IMG/VR virus record: IMGVR_UViG_3300024978_000010
Coordinates: 2,221-66,220 of that record
Direction: 5' to 3' (one strand)
From: a virus
Length of the DNA: 64,000 nucleotides
Shown: positions 38,450 through 48,324 of the stretch, piece by piece
Layout: every line of letters starts with the position of its first letter
Position numbering within the stretch: position 1 is the first letter of the stretch
Program-made: the position numbers and the translations under genes
The notes under the pieces: model-generated
What the model saw: only the letters and a program-made list of their open reading frames with translations
What the model was told of the DNA's origin: nothing
Database searches by the model: none

Positions 38450-39159
38450 TCAGGTACACCGGGAAACGGGGTTGGCTTGCCGCCAACATCCACCCTGCCC
38501 TCCAATATCTCGCTGAGCGGCTTGTAATCACGCATCATCAAGTGGCGAGTCAGGAGCTGGAAGTCGTACCAAGTGATGTTCATGAACGCCGCGAACGGCA
38601 CGTCGCCGCGCTTGTCGAACATGCCCGCCTCTGGCGTGCCGAAGCGCGTCACCAACCACGTCAGTTGAGCGCTGAAGAGCACCGTCTCGTCGCCACCATC
38701 GGTCGGCAGGCGTTGCTCCGCTAGCTTGCGGTCTTGCATCGTGTGGAGCTTCAGGTACGCATCGCGGGTCACGTCCACGTCATCGCGCAGCGAGAACGCC
38801 TCCTGCCCGGTGGATGGGTGCGTGCCAGAGTCGATGAGCCGGTTGAGGGCGTCATAGTCAACGCCGGCCATCTGGTCCAACTGCGCGGCTGTCAGCACCG
38901 GATCGGTGCGCTGTTCAAGGTTGAGGCGCATCACGGCCTCGCCGTACTGGCGCGAACCCGGACGCGCATCCCTCGCCGCCTTCTCGTGAATATCGAGCAC
39001 CTGGCGCAGCGTGTTGGGGCGCACGTCGATCTTGTCAACGCCGTCGATGGGGTGCAAGAGTTCGAGCGTGAACGGCTCGATGTAATCGACAACCGGCGCC
39101 AGCCCACCATCGTCGGTGAGGATGACGCCGTAAATCAGACGAACATGCTTAGCTTTCAT
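38392..39159 (-). CDS. Tail assembly chaperone
   Basis: RBS GGAGG; lies between tube and tape measure genes; LDQMAGVDYDAL and MNITWYDFQLL gpE-like motifs. Confidence 0.65.
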   Translation of the reverse strand: MKAKHVRLIYGVILTDDGGLAPVVDYIEPFTLELLHPIDGVDKIDVRPNTLRQVLDIHEKAARDARPGSRQYGEAVMRLNLEQRTDPVLTAAQLDQMAGVDYDALNRLIDSGTHPSTGQEAFSLRDDVDVTRDAYLKLHTMQDRKLAEQRLPTDGGDETVLFSAQLTWLVTRFGTPEAGMFDKRGDVPFAAFMNITWYDFQLLTRHLMMRDYKPLSEILEGRVDVGGKPTPFPGVPEDGDPSAKPKDGKRRVAGK

Positions 39160-39198
39160 ACCGTCCTCCACGGCTACGGCGGGAGGTTTGATTTGTTG

Positions 39199-39250
39199 GC
39201 CCCCACCCCGTAGCAAGTGGGGGCCTGGTGCGAGAACGCCCTACGGGGCG
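39199..39250 (-). terminator. Two GC-rich hairpins after the tail tube gene (possible attenuator)
   Basis: GGCCCCCAC..GTGGGGGCC and CGCCC-TACG-GGGCG; no clear U-tract. Confidence 0.4.
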
Positions 39251-39262
39251 GAAACGCCTAGA

Positions 39263-39826
39263 TCAAGTGGCGTCGTAGTGGTTGATAGTCGTCCTCTTAG
39301 GACGCTTCAGCACATCGAACGCGACGGAGTAGTTGCTGTTGTCACCACCGGCGTACACGACCACGACACTCTCGTACACGTCCTCGAAGTTGTAGAGCTC
39401 AGCGGCAGACGCGGAGTTCTCGTCGCTCGGCTCGTTCTCCTCGAAGAGGCCGCGCACCGTGATGCCCATAGTGGCTTGCGGGATGAGGTCGGGCCGTCTG
39501 GCCGCCAGCTTCACGCAGCAATCCAAGAAGGCGGTGATGTTCTCGTTCAGGTAATGCCGCGTAGCGGGCGCATCGCCCTTCACGACGAAGGCCGGGAAGG
39601 TGCAGGTCAAGCGCTCCACGGTGAACGGCGTCACGCGAGGCGTCGGGCCGCGTGCGCCCTGATCGTAACTGGGGTTGAACCCCAGTGGACGGGCGGGCGG
39701 GGCACCGACGGCGTTCCAGACGCGCGTGTTGATGAGCGAGAGGTCGACCCCTTCGGTGTCGATACGCGCCTGCGTGAACAGGCGGCCTAGCGTCTCTGTG
39801 TTGATGGCGAACTCGACTTCGTACAT
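39263..39826 (-). CDS. Probable tail tube protein
   Basis: Position directly after the sheath gene; size 187 aa; no diagnostic motif recognised. Confidence 0.5.
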   Translation of the reverse strand: MYEVEFAINTETLGRLFTQARIDTEGVDLSLINTRVWNAVGAPPARPLGFNPSYDQGARGPTPRVTPFTVERLTCTFPAFVVKGDAPATRHYLNENITAFLDCCVKLAARRPDLIPQATMGITVRGLFEENEPSDENSASAAELYNFEDVYESVVVVYAGGDNSNYSVAFDVLKRPKRTTINHYDAT

Positions 39827-41451
39827 CAGTTCCCTCCCGCCGCAGCCGCTGGCGCAGCCGGGGCGCCGCCAGCGATGCTGGTCAGGCCCTCGATCTCGGC
39901 GTCGGTGAGGTGCGCGAACACCCCGCCGAGGGTGCCGTTGAGCTTGATGCTCGCCATGAACACCGCCCAGCCGGGCAGGCTCGGGAAGCTGACGCCCTGC
40001 CAGCGGTTCTGGACTTCCATCAGGTCGAAGGTGCCGGTCGAAGCACGCTTCACCGCCCCGGAGTTGACGTAAGGCATGATGGCCTGGTCGCCGAGGCGCT
40101 GAATGGTGCCACGCGTGATGGCGTTGTTCGGCCGGTTGTGCGCCAGTGGCGTGAACGCGATGGCGAGACGTCGGCCGATGTCGTTGATGATGCTGCGCAC
40201 GCCCAGGTCGCCCATGCGATCAAGCTGGTCATCGAGCGTGTAGTAGCCGTGGACGCCGTAAGCGCCACTATCAAGCTGCTTGAGGTAGTTGACGCCCGCT
40301 GCCGCTGCCGCGTCCATCTGGCCCTTGGTGAGGTTGTCATTCACGGAGATGGAGCGGAAGCCGAGCGGCGAGTTGCCGACCGGGTACGAGCCGCCGAGTC
40401 CGTTAGCGGAGATCTTAGCCGACCATTCGCCTAGGTACGCGGCGCTGGCCGGGACCTCGCGGCCGTTGACGGCCGCCTGAGCGCCCCAGCCGAAGAACTT
40501 AGCGCCGGTGCCGTCGCCTGGGCCGTCGCCGTAGGTGTCGGTGTCGTTGATGAAGTCGGTCAGCGTCTCACCGTACATCTGGTTCAGGAACACCAGGCGG
40601 AACGGCGCGGTCTTGAGGGTGTTGTGCAAGTAGGCGCGAACCACGGTGCTGGGCGGGTTGGCGATGGTGAACCACCGGAAGGCGATGCCCGACACGGCGT
40701 CGATGGCGGCCTCCCAGTTGCTGTTGGACAGCGCCGAGCCGTTCGTGGCACCAGTGAGGGTCGCCGTGACAGAATCGCCAGCCACGCGGTTCGCGTTGAT
40801 GGTGCTGGTCGCCGCCGTCGGCTGGTACTCAAGGCGCACGTAGCGGCTGCCCATGACGGGATCGTTCATGACGCTAGCGTTGCGCGTGCGGTGCAGGCCG
40901 GAAGCGCCCGCCGTGCCGCCTTCGTAGGTGAACACCAGCCCCTCGAAGAGCTCTGGGGAGGCGTCAGGGTTCGGGCTTTGCACCTCAACGTCGCACACCG
41001 CCGTGTTGTTGCCAGCGGGGTGGGAGGCGACGATGCGCCTGATGGTCACCTTGACCGTGAGGCTGTTGTACGCAGCGCCGGGGCCGATGGCCTTGAAGCG
41101 GAACAGGTCGACGGCGCTAGGAACCGCAGCGTCGGTGATGATGGCGCTCTGCGCGAAGGTCGCGTCGGCGGGCTTGACGTTGTAGATGTCGAACCCTGCT
41201 GGCCGGATGCCGTTGTAGCTTCGCGAGGCGAAGGTCTTGGCGTAGTCCAGGTTGTAGTCGGCGTTGCCGTCGCCATACTCGCGCATGACATCGCCGAGGC
41301 TGAGGCCGCTACCAGGCGGCAAGCTGTTGAGTCCAGACCGACCGGCAGGGAAGTCACCGATCAAGAGTAGTCGTGGGGCGACCTCCGATGGCAGCGAGCC
41401 AAACGCGCCTTGGAAGTCCTCCCTCAGCTTGAATACGTCAGAACTTCTCAT
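39826..41451 (-). CDS. Tail sheath protein
   Basis: FKAIGPGAAYNSLTV, LTGATNG, VPASAAYLG, GVNYL, LGVRSI, RPNN..TR. Confidence 0.88.
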   Translation of the reverse strand: MRSSDVFKLREDFQGAFGSLPSEVAPRLLLIGDFPAGRSGLNSLPPGSGLSLGDVMREYGDGNADYNLDYAKTFASRSYNGIRPAGFDIYNVKPADATFAQSAIITDAAVPSAVDLFRFKAIGPGAAYNSLTVKVTIRRIVASHPAGNNTAVCDVEVQSPNPDASPELFEGLVFTYEGGTAGASGLHRTRNASVMNDPVMGSRYVRLEYQPTAATSTINANRVAGDSVTATLTGATNGSALSNSNWEAAIDAVSGIAFRWFTIANPPSTVVRAYLHNTLKTAPFRLVFLNQMYGETLTDFINDTDTYGDGPGDGTGAKFFGWGAQAAVNGREVPASAAYLGEWSAKISANGLGGSYPVGNSPLGFRSISVNDNLTKGQMDAAAAAGVNYLKQLDSGAYGVHGYYTLDDQLDRMGDLGVRSIINDIGRRLAIAFTPLAHNRPNNAITRGTIQRLGDQAIMPYVNSGAVKRASTGTFDLMEVQNRWQGVSFPSLPGWAVFMASIKLNGTLGGVFAHLTDAEIEGLTSIAGGAPAAPAAAAGGN

Positions 41452-41645
41452 GCGTCCTCCACCATCTTGGTCTTCTTACCAGTCTTCTCGGTGTTCTCGC
41501 TGGAAACTTGCGCCAGAACGCCGCGCTCGACGAACGCCCGCAGTGCGTCATCCGTCGTGCCTAACGCCTTGGCGGTGACCACGGAGCCGTACTCAAGGCG
41601 GTGATGCCCGACCTTGTGGCCCTTCCGCATGACTTGATACTGCAT
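41448..41645 (-). CDS. Small pre-sheath protein
   Basis: RBS GGAGAGG; ATGA overlap with the sheath gene. Confidence 0.65.
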   Translation of the reverse strand: MQYQVMRKGHKVGHHRLEYGSVVTAKALGTTDDALRAFVERGVLAQVSSENTEKTGKKTKMVEDA

Positions 41646-41653
41646 AACCTCTC

Positions 41654-42511
41654 CTATTCTGTGGGCGGCATATCCGCCACTCCGGCGTCGTCGGCTTCTT
41701 GGCTGAGCGGGTAGTTGCCGACCCGCTCCGCGTACCAGGGGAACGGTTCACCGCGGTCCCAGTCCTCGATGACGGGAGAAACGCCGGTGATGATGTCCGT
41801 GCCGAAGTAGACCTCCGGCATCCCATCCGGCAGCTGGTGGACGGGCGTGTCGGCGGTGCAGCGTGCGGTGACGTTCGCCGTCAGGACGTTACGGAACACG
41901 CCGTTCGCCTCTAGGTTCACGACATCCACCCTGATGGGCACGAAGTCGATCTCGAACTTGTATATGTCCGTGATGAGCTTCTGGCGACTGTTGACCATGC
42001 TGAACACGTAAGCCGTCTCGAAGCGGTCCTTGCCTTCGACGTGTAGCCAGAAGCTGCCGCGCCAGAACGGTTCGGTGAGTACGAAGCCGCCGCGATCGAC
42101 GTGGAGCACGCGGCCGCCGTACAGGGCGCGAACGAAGCCGGAGCGTGCCGTGCCGCGACTGCGGATGCCGATGTGAACACGCGGGTCGTTCACCTCGAAG
42201 TGGATGAAGTCCTCGACGATCACGACCTTCGGTCGCGCCTGTCCGCGAGAGACTTCTTGTTGCAGCTTGATGGTCGGGTTGTTGGCCTCGGAGAAGGCGA
42301 CGTAGTAGATCTTGCCGAGCAGCCCGGCCCCGACCGGCTCCGTGAAGTAATCGCCCTGCTTGTAGATGTCGCCGTAAGGGATGCCGTCAACGTCGCCGCT
42401 GACGGTTATCACGTCATCCGTGTACCCGCCCGTCAGGGGGTAGACGATGCCTTCGGCGTACATCTTGCGCAGCGCGAGGCGGATATCGACTTCGGCGTCG
42501 ACGCGGTTCAC
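41654..42511 (-). CDS. Tail terminator / neck protein
   Basis: Synteny; GTGA overlap. Confidence 0.55.
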   Translation of the reverse strand: MNRVDAEVDIRLALRKMYAEGIVYPLTGGYTDDVITVSGDVDGIPYGDIYKQGDYFTEPVGAGLLGKIYYVAFSEANNPTIKLQQEVSRGQARPKVVIVEDFIHFEVNDPRVHIGIRSRGTARSGFVRALYGGRVLHVDRGGFVLTEPFWRGSFWLHVEGKDRFETAYVFSMVNSRQKLITDIYKFEIDFVPIRVDVVNLEANGVFRNVLTANVTARCTADTPVHQLPDGMPEVYFGTDIITGVSPVIEDWDRGEPFPWYAERVGNYPLSQEADDAGVADMPPTE

Positions 42512-43014
42512 TTGATCACCACCACGGGCCGCCCCAGAACCGCCTCGTAGGCGGCACGCAGCTCCTCCTTCTCCCTAGGGATGACGGTGAGCACAGTAGG
42601 CAGGAGGGTGGTGCGCGGCGGAACCCCGAGGCCGTACTCGTTGTACGGGAAGATGGGGTGCTTCGTGAAGGCGCCAGACTGCCCGTGGTAGCGGCCTTGT
42701 GCGCCGAGCTTCTCGGTGAACGGCCCCAACTCGATGCTGTCGGCCAGCATCCCGTGCTCCTCGACGTGCTCAAGCGTCGGGTCGAACAGCATGGTATCGC
42801 CCAAGTAGCCGCGTTCTTCGCGGGCGTCAAGGGTCTTGCTGGAAAGCCGCTTGGCGTTACCTTCGTTGCCGTACTCGTCGCCGATACGGTCGTCGTCACC
42901 GAAGCGCGACTCCCAGTCGTCCTTCAGCACCAAGCCGGTCGCCTTGACGTTATCGCGTGCCACCGCCGCCAGGCGCTGCAAGTCGCGCATGAGGATGTCA
43001 GCGAAGCTGATCAT
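42508..43014 (-). CDS. Neck / virion morphogenesis protein
   Basis: RLS.KT, GMLADSI, YNEYG.GVPPR..L.P. Confidence 0.7.
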   Translation of the reverse strand: MISFADILMRDLQRLAAVARDNVKATGLVLKDDWESRFGDDDRIGDEYGNEGNAKRLSSKTLDAREERGYLGDTMLFDPTLEHVEEHGMLADSIELGPFTEKLGAQGRYHGQSGAFTKHPIFPYNEYGLGVPPRTTLLPTVLTVIPREKEELRAAYEAVLGRPVVVIK

Positions 43015-43408
43015 TGGGGGCCTCGTTCATATCGGAGAGCATGAACAGGTACTCACTGCGATCGAACTCGGCCTTCACGCAGCGGTACTTGCGACCGCGC
43101 ACGCTGAAGGTCAGCCCCGCGATCACGCCTTGGTCGTAGACGTTGGTGAGGCGCTGTGGCGCCTGGGTCGCGCGAACGTACAGGATGCCGTTGAGGCTGA
43201 CCTTCTGCCCGACGGCAGCGTAAGCGGTTGGGCTTGGGTTGGTGTCGAAGTAGCCTTCTACTTCTATCGTGGCCGGCGCTACACCCGGCTGACCGGGGAA
43301 CGTGATGTAGACGGCGTACTCCTCGAAGGCGGCTACATCCTCAGCGGCGTCGTTGAGCACGTTGACGCCGTGCTGAAGCATCTTGAAGTAGTAACCCTCA
43401 CGGGACAT
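42998..43408 (-). CDS. Head closure-like protein
   Basis: Synteny; FSVRGRKYR beta pattern. Confidence 0.55.
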   Translation of the reverse strand: MSREGYYFKMLQHGVNVLNDAAEDVAAFEEYAVYITFPGQPGVAPATIEVEGYFDTNPSPTAYAAVGQKVSLNGILYVRATQAPQRLTNVYDQGVIAGLTFSVRGRKYRCVKAEFDRSEYLFMLSDMNEAPNDQLR

Positions 43409-43856
43409 AAGTACGCCTGACGGTTATGAGGCCACCGCTGGCCTCCGGGTCAAGCGGGGGCCACTCGGCCTCCGGGAACAAGTTGCGTGCCTCCTGGTAG
43501 TTGCGGCTTGCGGCACGCATCAACTCGGCATGGCTGCCGAGGGGGGTGCTGACCTGGCCGCCCCGTTGAGTGACCAGGCCAACGAACATGCCCTTCTCGT
43601 CGGCGAGGACGCCGAACAGTCGAGCCAGTGTGTAGTATATCAACGCGAGCTTTACCCGCTCTGGTGGCCCGACGATGCCTGGGATCGACTCGAAGATGAG
43701 GCGCGACGACTCCACCACGCCATACACCTTGTTGCCAGGCACGTCCACCGCCGCCACGGGCGAGCCGCCGATATCAACGACAGCCTCAGCCACCCCGAAG
43801 TACGCGGGGCGCAGCAGCGAAGCTGCCAGCACCTCACTCGGGGCGACCGGCGTCAC
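43398..43856 (-). CDS. Head-tail connector-like protein
   Basis: Synteny; P.RVKLALIYY helical pattern. Confidence 0.55.
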   Translation of the reverse strand: MTPVAPSEVLAASLLRPAYFGVAEAVVDIGGSPVAAVDVPGNKVYGVVESSRLIFESIPGIVGPPERVKLALIYYTLARLFGVLADEKGMFVGLVTQRGGQVSTPLGSHAELMRAASRNYQEARNLFPEAEWPPLDPEASGGLITVRRTYVP

Positions 43857-43857
43857 G

Positions 43858-44310
43858 TCAGCTCATCTCCTGCAAGGCCGCACGCTTAGCGGCCATCGAC
43901 TCGGAAAGCGCGGCGTGCGCCTTCTGTGCGGCCTTCACCTCAGCACGTGCCGCCTCTGCGTCCACGACAGCAGCCTGGGCCGCCTCTTTCTCGGCCTCAT
44001 CATCGCCCTTGTTGGCGCGAGTGAGCGCTGCCTTTCGGTCGGCCAGCGCCTCCGATACGGGGGTACGAACACTCAGGATCTCGTCCAAGCGTGCAAGTTC
44101 CTCTTCACCCTCGGCTACCTCCTGTTGGAGCGTCGCCATGCGCTGCGTGAGACGCTTGGCTTCAGCCTGCTCCGCGCGCCCAGTGCCTTCCGCCGCCGCG
44201 CCGACAGCCTTGAGGGCCTTGGCTGCTTCAGCTGGCATCTTAGGGAGCTCTTCGCCGGGCTGGTACCACTTCTTGTCGTACTTGACTCTTGCTTTAGCTA
44301 TCAACGCCAC
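43858..44310 (-). CDS. Post-capsid Ala-rich coiled-coil protein
   Basis: VKYDKKWYQPGEE...A..L..VGA N-terminus; RBS GAGGTG. Confidence 0.7.
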   Translation of the reverse strand: MALIAKARVKYDKKWYQPGEELPKMPAEAAKALKAVGAAAEGTGRAEQAEAKRLTQRMATLQQEVAEGEEELARLDEILSVRTPVSEALADRKAALTRANKGDDEAEKEAAQAAVVDAEAARAEVKAAQKAHAALSESMAAKRAALQEMS

Positions 44311-44327
44311 GGTTCACCTCTCTGGGG

Positions 44328-44353
44328 CGAAGCGGGGCGCTTGGCCCCGCCTC
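44328..44353 (-). terminator. Hairpin after the major capsid gene
   Basis: GCGGGGC...GCCCCGC inverted repeat. Confidence 0.45.
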
Positions 44354-44366
44354 GGGTGACTACTGG

Positions 44367-45473
44367 TTACTGAACGGTGCCGCACATGAGCGTGCGGGGG
44401 TCGGTGAGGATGGGCAGCGTCCAGAAGACGGACTTCATGGCCACCTCGAAGGGTTCGTCCTGTTCCGCCATCCAGGTGTAGAGGCCGGGGGCGAAGTTGT
44501 TCTCCACCACCGGGCCGTCGACTTGGTAGCCGAAGCCGTTATCGAAGCCGAAACCGCCGTCCACAGCCGCTGGGCCGATGACGACCACGCGGTTTTCGTG
44601 CAGGAAGCGCGTGGCGGCGGGCTGCGCGGCCCCCGTGAAGTCGAACTTGTTGTACATGCGGTCGTAGGTCACGACCGGCCCGATCTCGCGGCGTGCCAGG
44701 TAGGCGTTGAGCTGATCGCGGAAGAACTCGATCTTCGCCTGCGTGGTGCTGCCGGTCACCGTACCGCCGATGCCAGCGTAACCGGCGATGGCGAGGCGCG
44801 TGCGGGTCGCGGCCTGGGCCAGCAGGTTGTTCAGCTGCTTGGTGGACATGACGATGAGGCGCGGGTACGCCCCGATGTCCGTCTTCATCGCATCCGCCCA
44901 AGTCTGGATGTCGTCCAGCCCGTCGGCGGTCGTGTCGGCGTTCCACGTGTCGGTGTTGGTGAGCGCGAACTTGTTGCCCCCAGCTACGCCGTAATCGACG
45001 GCGACGGAGGTGTTCGGGATGGTGTAAGTGCCCTTAGAGAGCACTTCCCAGCGCTGCGCCTCGGCCAGGTCGAGGTAGCCGGTCACCAGGGCGTTAGCCA
45101 ACTGGTAAGGCCGGGCGCGGAAGATCTCCGCTGGCGTGACACGGCGGCCAGGCAGGAAGATGTCGCGCAGCTTGCGCAGCTCAGACTCGTTCAGGGTGTA
45201 CTTCATGCCACCCTTCAGGATGCTGTAGCGCTGCGTGCTCTCGGTGCCGAGCGGCCCGGAAGGCAGCTCGGAGTCTGGCGCGATGACGGCGGATGCCACC
45301 GGGCGGAAGGAGACGCGCCCGACTTCCTCGGTCCAGTCGTCACGCTGCACGAAGGGCAGCAGACGCTCCCCAAGGCGGGTGGGGTTCTGAACCAAGTCCA
45401 TGAAGCGCTTGGTGGCGAACTTGCTGATGTCCTCGGGGCGCAGGCCGTCGAAGTGCGAGAGGTTATACAGCAT
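44367..45473 (-). CDS. Major capsid protein (lambda gpE family)
   Basis: LLPF, E.QRW.VL..G, VDYGV, W......LDDI..W, P..IVMS, RFL.EN.VV, LPIL.DP. Confidence 0.88.
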   Translation of the reverse strand: MLYNLSHFDGLRPEDISKFATKRFMDLVQNPTRLGERLLPFVQRDDWTEEVGRVSFRPVASAVIAPDSELPSGPLGTESTQRYSILKGGMKYTLNESELRKLRDIFLPGRRVTPAEIFRARPYQLANALVTGYLDLAEAQRWEVLSKGTYTIPNTSVAVDYGVAGGNKFALTNTDTWNADTTADGLDDIQTWADAMKTDIGAYPRLIVMSTKQLNNLLAQAATRTRLAIAGYAGIGGTVTGSTTQAKIEFFRDQLNAYLARREIGPVVTYDRMYNKFDFTGAAQPAATRFLHENRVVVIGPAAVDGGFGFDNGFGYQVDGPVVENNFAPGLYTWMAEQDEPFEVAMKSVFWTLPILTDPRTLMCGTVQ

Positions 45474-45474
45474 C

Positions 45475-45951
45475 TTAGTAGTCCTCCGCGAACTTGAAGC
45501 CTCGGAGCTTCAGCGCCGTCAGCGCGGTCGCTTCAAGGCCGGGGGTGTCGTTGGCAGCGACGCTAGGCATCCGCGCGCCGAAGAACCCGCCAGAGATGTA
45601 GATGCCGACCATGCCGCCGCCGTCAGCGAGATCGACGGTGGCCTTGAGGATGCCGACGGCGGTAGCCTCGAAGATGGCCTTGTTCTTGTCCGTGTCGGGC
45701 GCAGACGCAGCGGCGGTCTGGTTCACGGCACGCCAGAGGTTGCCGGAGGTCTTGATGAGCACCGTGCCGGGGCGCAAGTACACGTGCCCGTTCACGGCGG
45801 CTATCGCGTTGCCGTCCGACCCCTTGGTGTCGAGGTAAACGCCCGTCTCCCGCGTCTCGTGGACGTTACCCCACACGACGGGAAGGGCGACGTTAGCTTC
45901 GGCTAGCCCATCGTGCGGCCCCGGAGCAATCGTAAAACCAATCTTTCCCAT
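45475..45951 (-). CDS. Head decoration protein
   Basis: YLRPGTVL, AVGIL; lies immediately upstream of the capsid gene. Confidence 0.7.
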   Translation of the reverse strand: MGKIGFTIAPGPHDGLAEANVALPVVWGNVHETRETGVYLDTKGSDGNAIAAVNGHVYLRPGTVLIKTSGNLWRAVNQTAAASAPDTDKNKAIFEATAVGILKATVDLADGGGMVGIYISGGFFGARMPSVAANDTPGLEATALTALKLRGFKFAEDY

Positions 45952-45954
45952 GAA

Positions 45955-46662
45955 CTATCCTTTCGGGTTGAGAATGTCGCTCAGCAACTTGTCGCTGGCC
46001 GTTTGTTGTTCGTTGTAGAACTTCGCGGCCTCATCAGCATCGAAGCTGAACGTCTGGCTGGTTCTCTTGCCAGGGTTCCCGCCACCAGGGAGGGGGTTGT
46101 CGGACACGGGCTTGGCATCGGGGTAGGTGGTGTAGAAGTCGTCGTTGACGATGGTAGCGAACTTATGGCGCTTCTCGCCACGCGTCAGCATGATCTGATC
46201 GCCGTCAAGGTCGATGTCGTAACCTTCCAGCTTCAGATAAGCGCGGGTCCGCAGCGCCAGCGTTTCATCGCCATCGAGTTGGCGCTTCATGGCCTCAGCG
46301 ACAGCGCCCTGGCGTTGCTTCGCCTCAGCGGCCTGCACGACCGCCCTAGCGTCGTCGCGCTCCTTGGTGATCGCAGCCACAGTGGCCTTGAACTCCGCGA
46401 TCTGCGCTTGAGCAGTGCCAAGGTCGAACTTAGCGCCCTCTTCCGCAGTCATCAACCGCTTCACGAGGTCGTTGCTTTGCTCCACCATGTGCTCCAAGGC
46501 GGCGATAGGGTCGTCGTTGTAGCGAGACAGCAACTCCCTTACCTCCCTCGGCCGGTAGCGCTTCTGAACTTCCTCATCTACCCTCTGCTTCTTGTCGGGC
46601 GAGGCGTCTCCGCCGCCGCCTTCGGTTGCGGCCCGCAACCATTGTGTCCGGTGCATAAACAT
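45955..46662 (-). CDS. Scaffolding protein
   Basis: Charged coiled coil, PGGGNPG; position. Confidence 0.7.
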   Translation of the reverse strand: MFMHRTQWLRAATEGGGGDASPDKKQRVDEEVQKRYRPREVRELLSRYNDDPIAALEHMVEQSNDLVKRLMTAEEGAKFDLGTAQAQIAEFKATVAAITKERDDARAVVQAAEAKQRQGAVAEAMKRQLDGDETLALRTRAYLKLEGYDIDLDGDQIMLTRGEKRHKFATIVNDDFYTTYPDAKPVSDNPLPGGGNPGKRTSQTFSFDADEAAKFYNEQQTASDKLLSDILNPKG

Positions 46663-46777
46663 AGACCCTAATCCTCCTGGGATGGGCTGTGGTCACTGAC
46701 CACGGCGACAATGCCTACAGGACTCCCCGTAGCGCTGTGCATAAGATAAGCACTTTCCGGTAGGTTATGCACGAATG

Positions 46778-46968
<191 letters not shown>

Positions 46969-46972
<4 letters not shown>

Positions 46973-48324
46973 TCCACGCTACCTTGCGGCTGGGCTTTCG
47001 CCAGGCGGATCTCCTGATCCGTCTGGATGGTAAGCCTCTGCCCCAACTCTGCCATGCGACGGTCGATGATCTCCTGCGCCTCGACCGGCGTCTTACCGCT
47101 ATCCACCAGCAGGTGATAGGCGCTGTAGGCGTTGGAGTCCAACAGGCCCTTCAAGTTCTGGTGAACTTTATCCTCGCTAATGGGCAGGTACGGGACCATC
47201 TGCACCGTGAAGCCGCTGCGCCCCGCGATCTCAAGCACCCGACTCAAGGCACGCGACAGGTGCTCTGCCGTCTCCTCGCAACGCTCCATCTGCGGACCGT
47301 ACAGCACGCGCAACGTCTGGGCCGGGATGTCCTGCACCGGGCGTTCGTTGAGCTCAAGCACGCTAGTGCGCGTGACGGTGGCGAGGCTTTCCACCAAGTC
47401 CTTCAAGCCGTCAAGGAACTGCCGCAAGTCGGCCGGCGCTACCGACTGAAGCTCAGGAGCCTCTTCGTTGGCCTTGTTCTTGGCGTGCCAGACCTGCAAG
47501 CCACCCGCCTTGCGAATGCGACTCGCCACCTCCTCGCTGACGTTCGCCAGGAAGATGAGGCGGAACGCTTCGTCCTCCAAGCCCTTCAAGAACTTCACGC
47601 GCAGCGCGTCATACTGCTTGAACACGTCAACGCCGTCGATGAGGTCGGACTGCTCCGGTATCGAGTCCTCCTCGCGATTCGGCACGTAGATGAACGGCAT
47701 GTACGGGAACTGCTTCGCCTTGCCTGGCAGCAACACCCACCCGCCGCCGTCGTTGCGGAAGTCCAAGCGCCTGACGGTGGTGTTGGCGTCATCCCACTCG
47801 TACCAACGCGCCAGGCGGTACTCCCGGCCGCCCACGCCCAGCGCCTCGAAGCGCTGGATGACCAAGACCGCGTGCTCCTGCTCCTGATCCTCCACGCGCA
47901 TGATGCGGCGCGCCACGTCCGGCTTGTAGACGCGGTACGGTTTGCCGGGCAAGCCCTTATCGGCTTGCAGCCACGCCCCGCCGTAGCGCGACATGTAGCG
48001 GATCGTCTTGCGAACGTCCGACTTAGCGAACAGCCGCTCTCCGGCTTCGTCGCGCACGCCAGCCGCATCGTAGACGCGCACCCCCCGCGCCATAGTCATG
48101 GTGACGGTCGAGTTCACGATGGTCTTGGCGTAGTTGGTGCGTATGAACAAGCGCCGCAGACTAGCGCCGTCGCCAGTCTCGCCCTTCACCGCTTCAGGCA
48201 ACTCGATCTCCGCTCGGCGCTGGTAGTACGAGTCGATGGCGTCCCACTGCGCCACGATGTCGCCAGGGTGCGCAGAACCGCCGTACCTCTCAAGCTCCAT
48301 GATGATGTTGGGTACGCTAAGCAT
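46969..48324 (-). CDS. Portal protein (SPP1 gp6-like)
   Basis: YY..., TNYAKTIVN, MPFIYVPN, SDL, A.TLR.LY.P; follows TerL; RBS AGGAGG. Confidence 0.85.
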
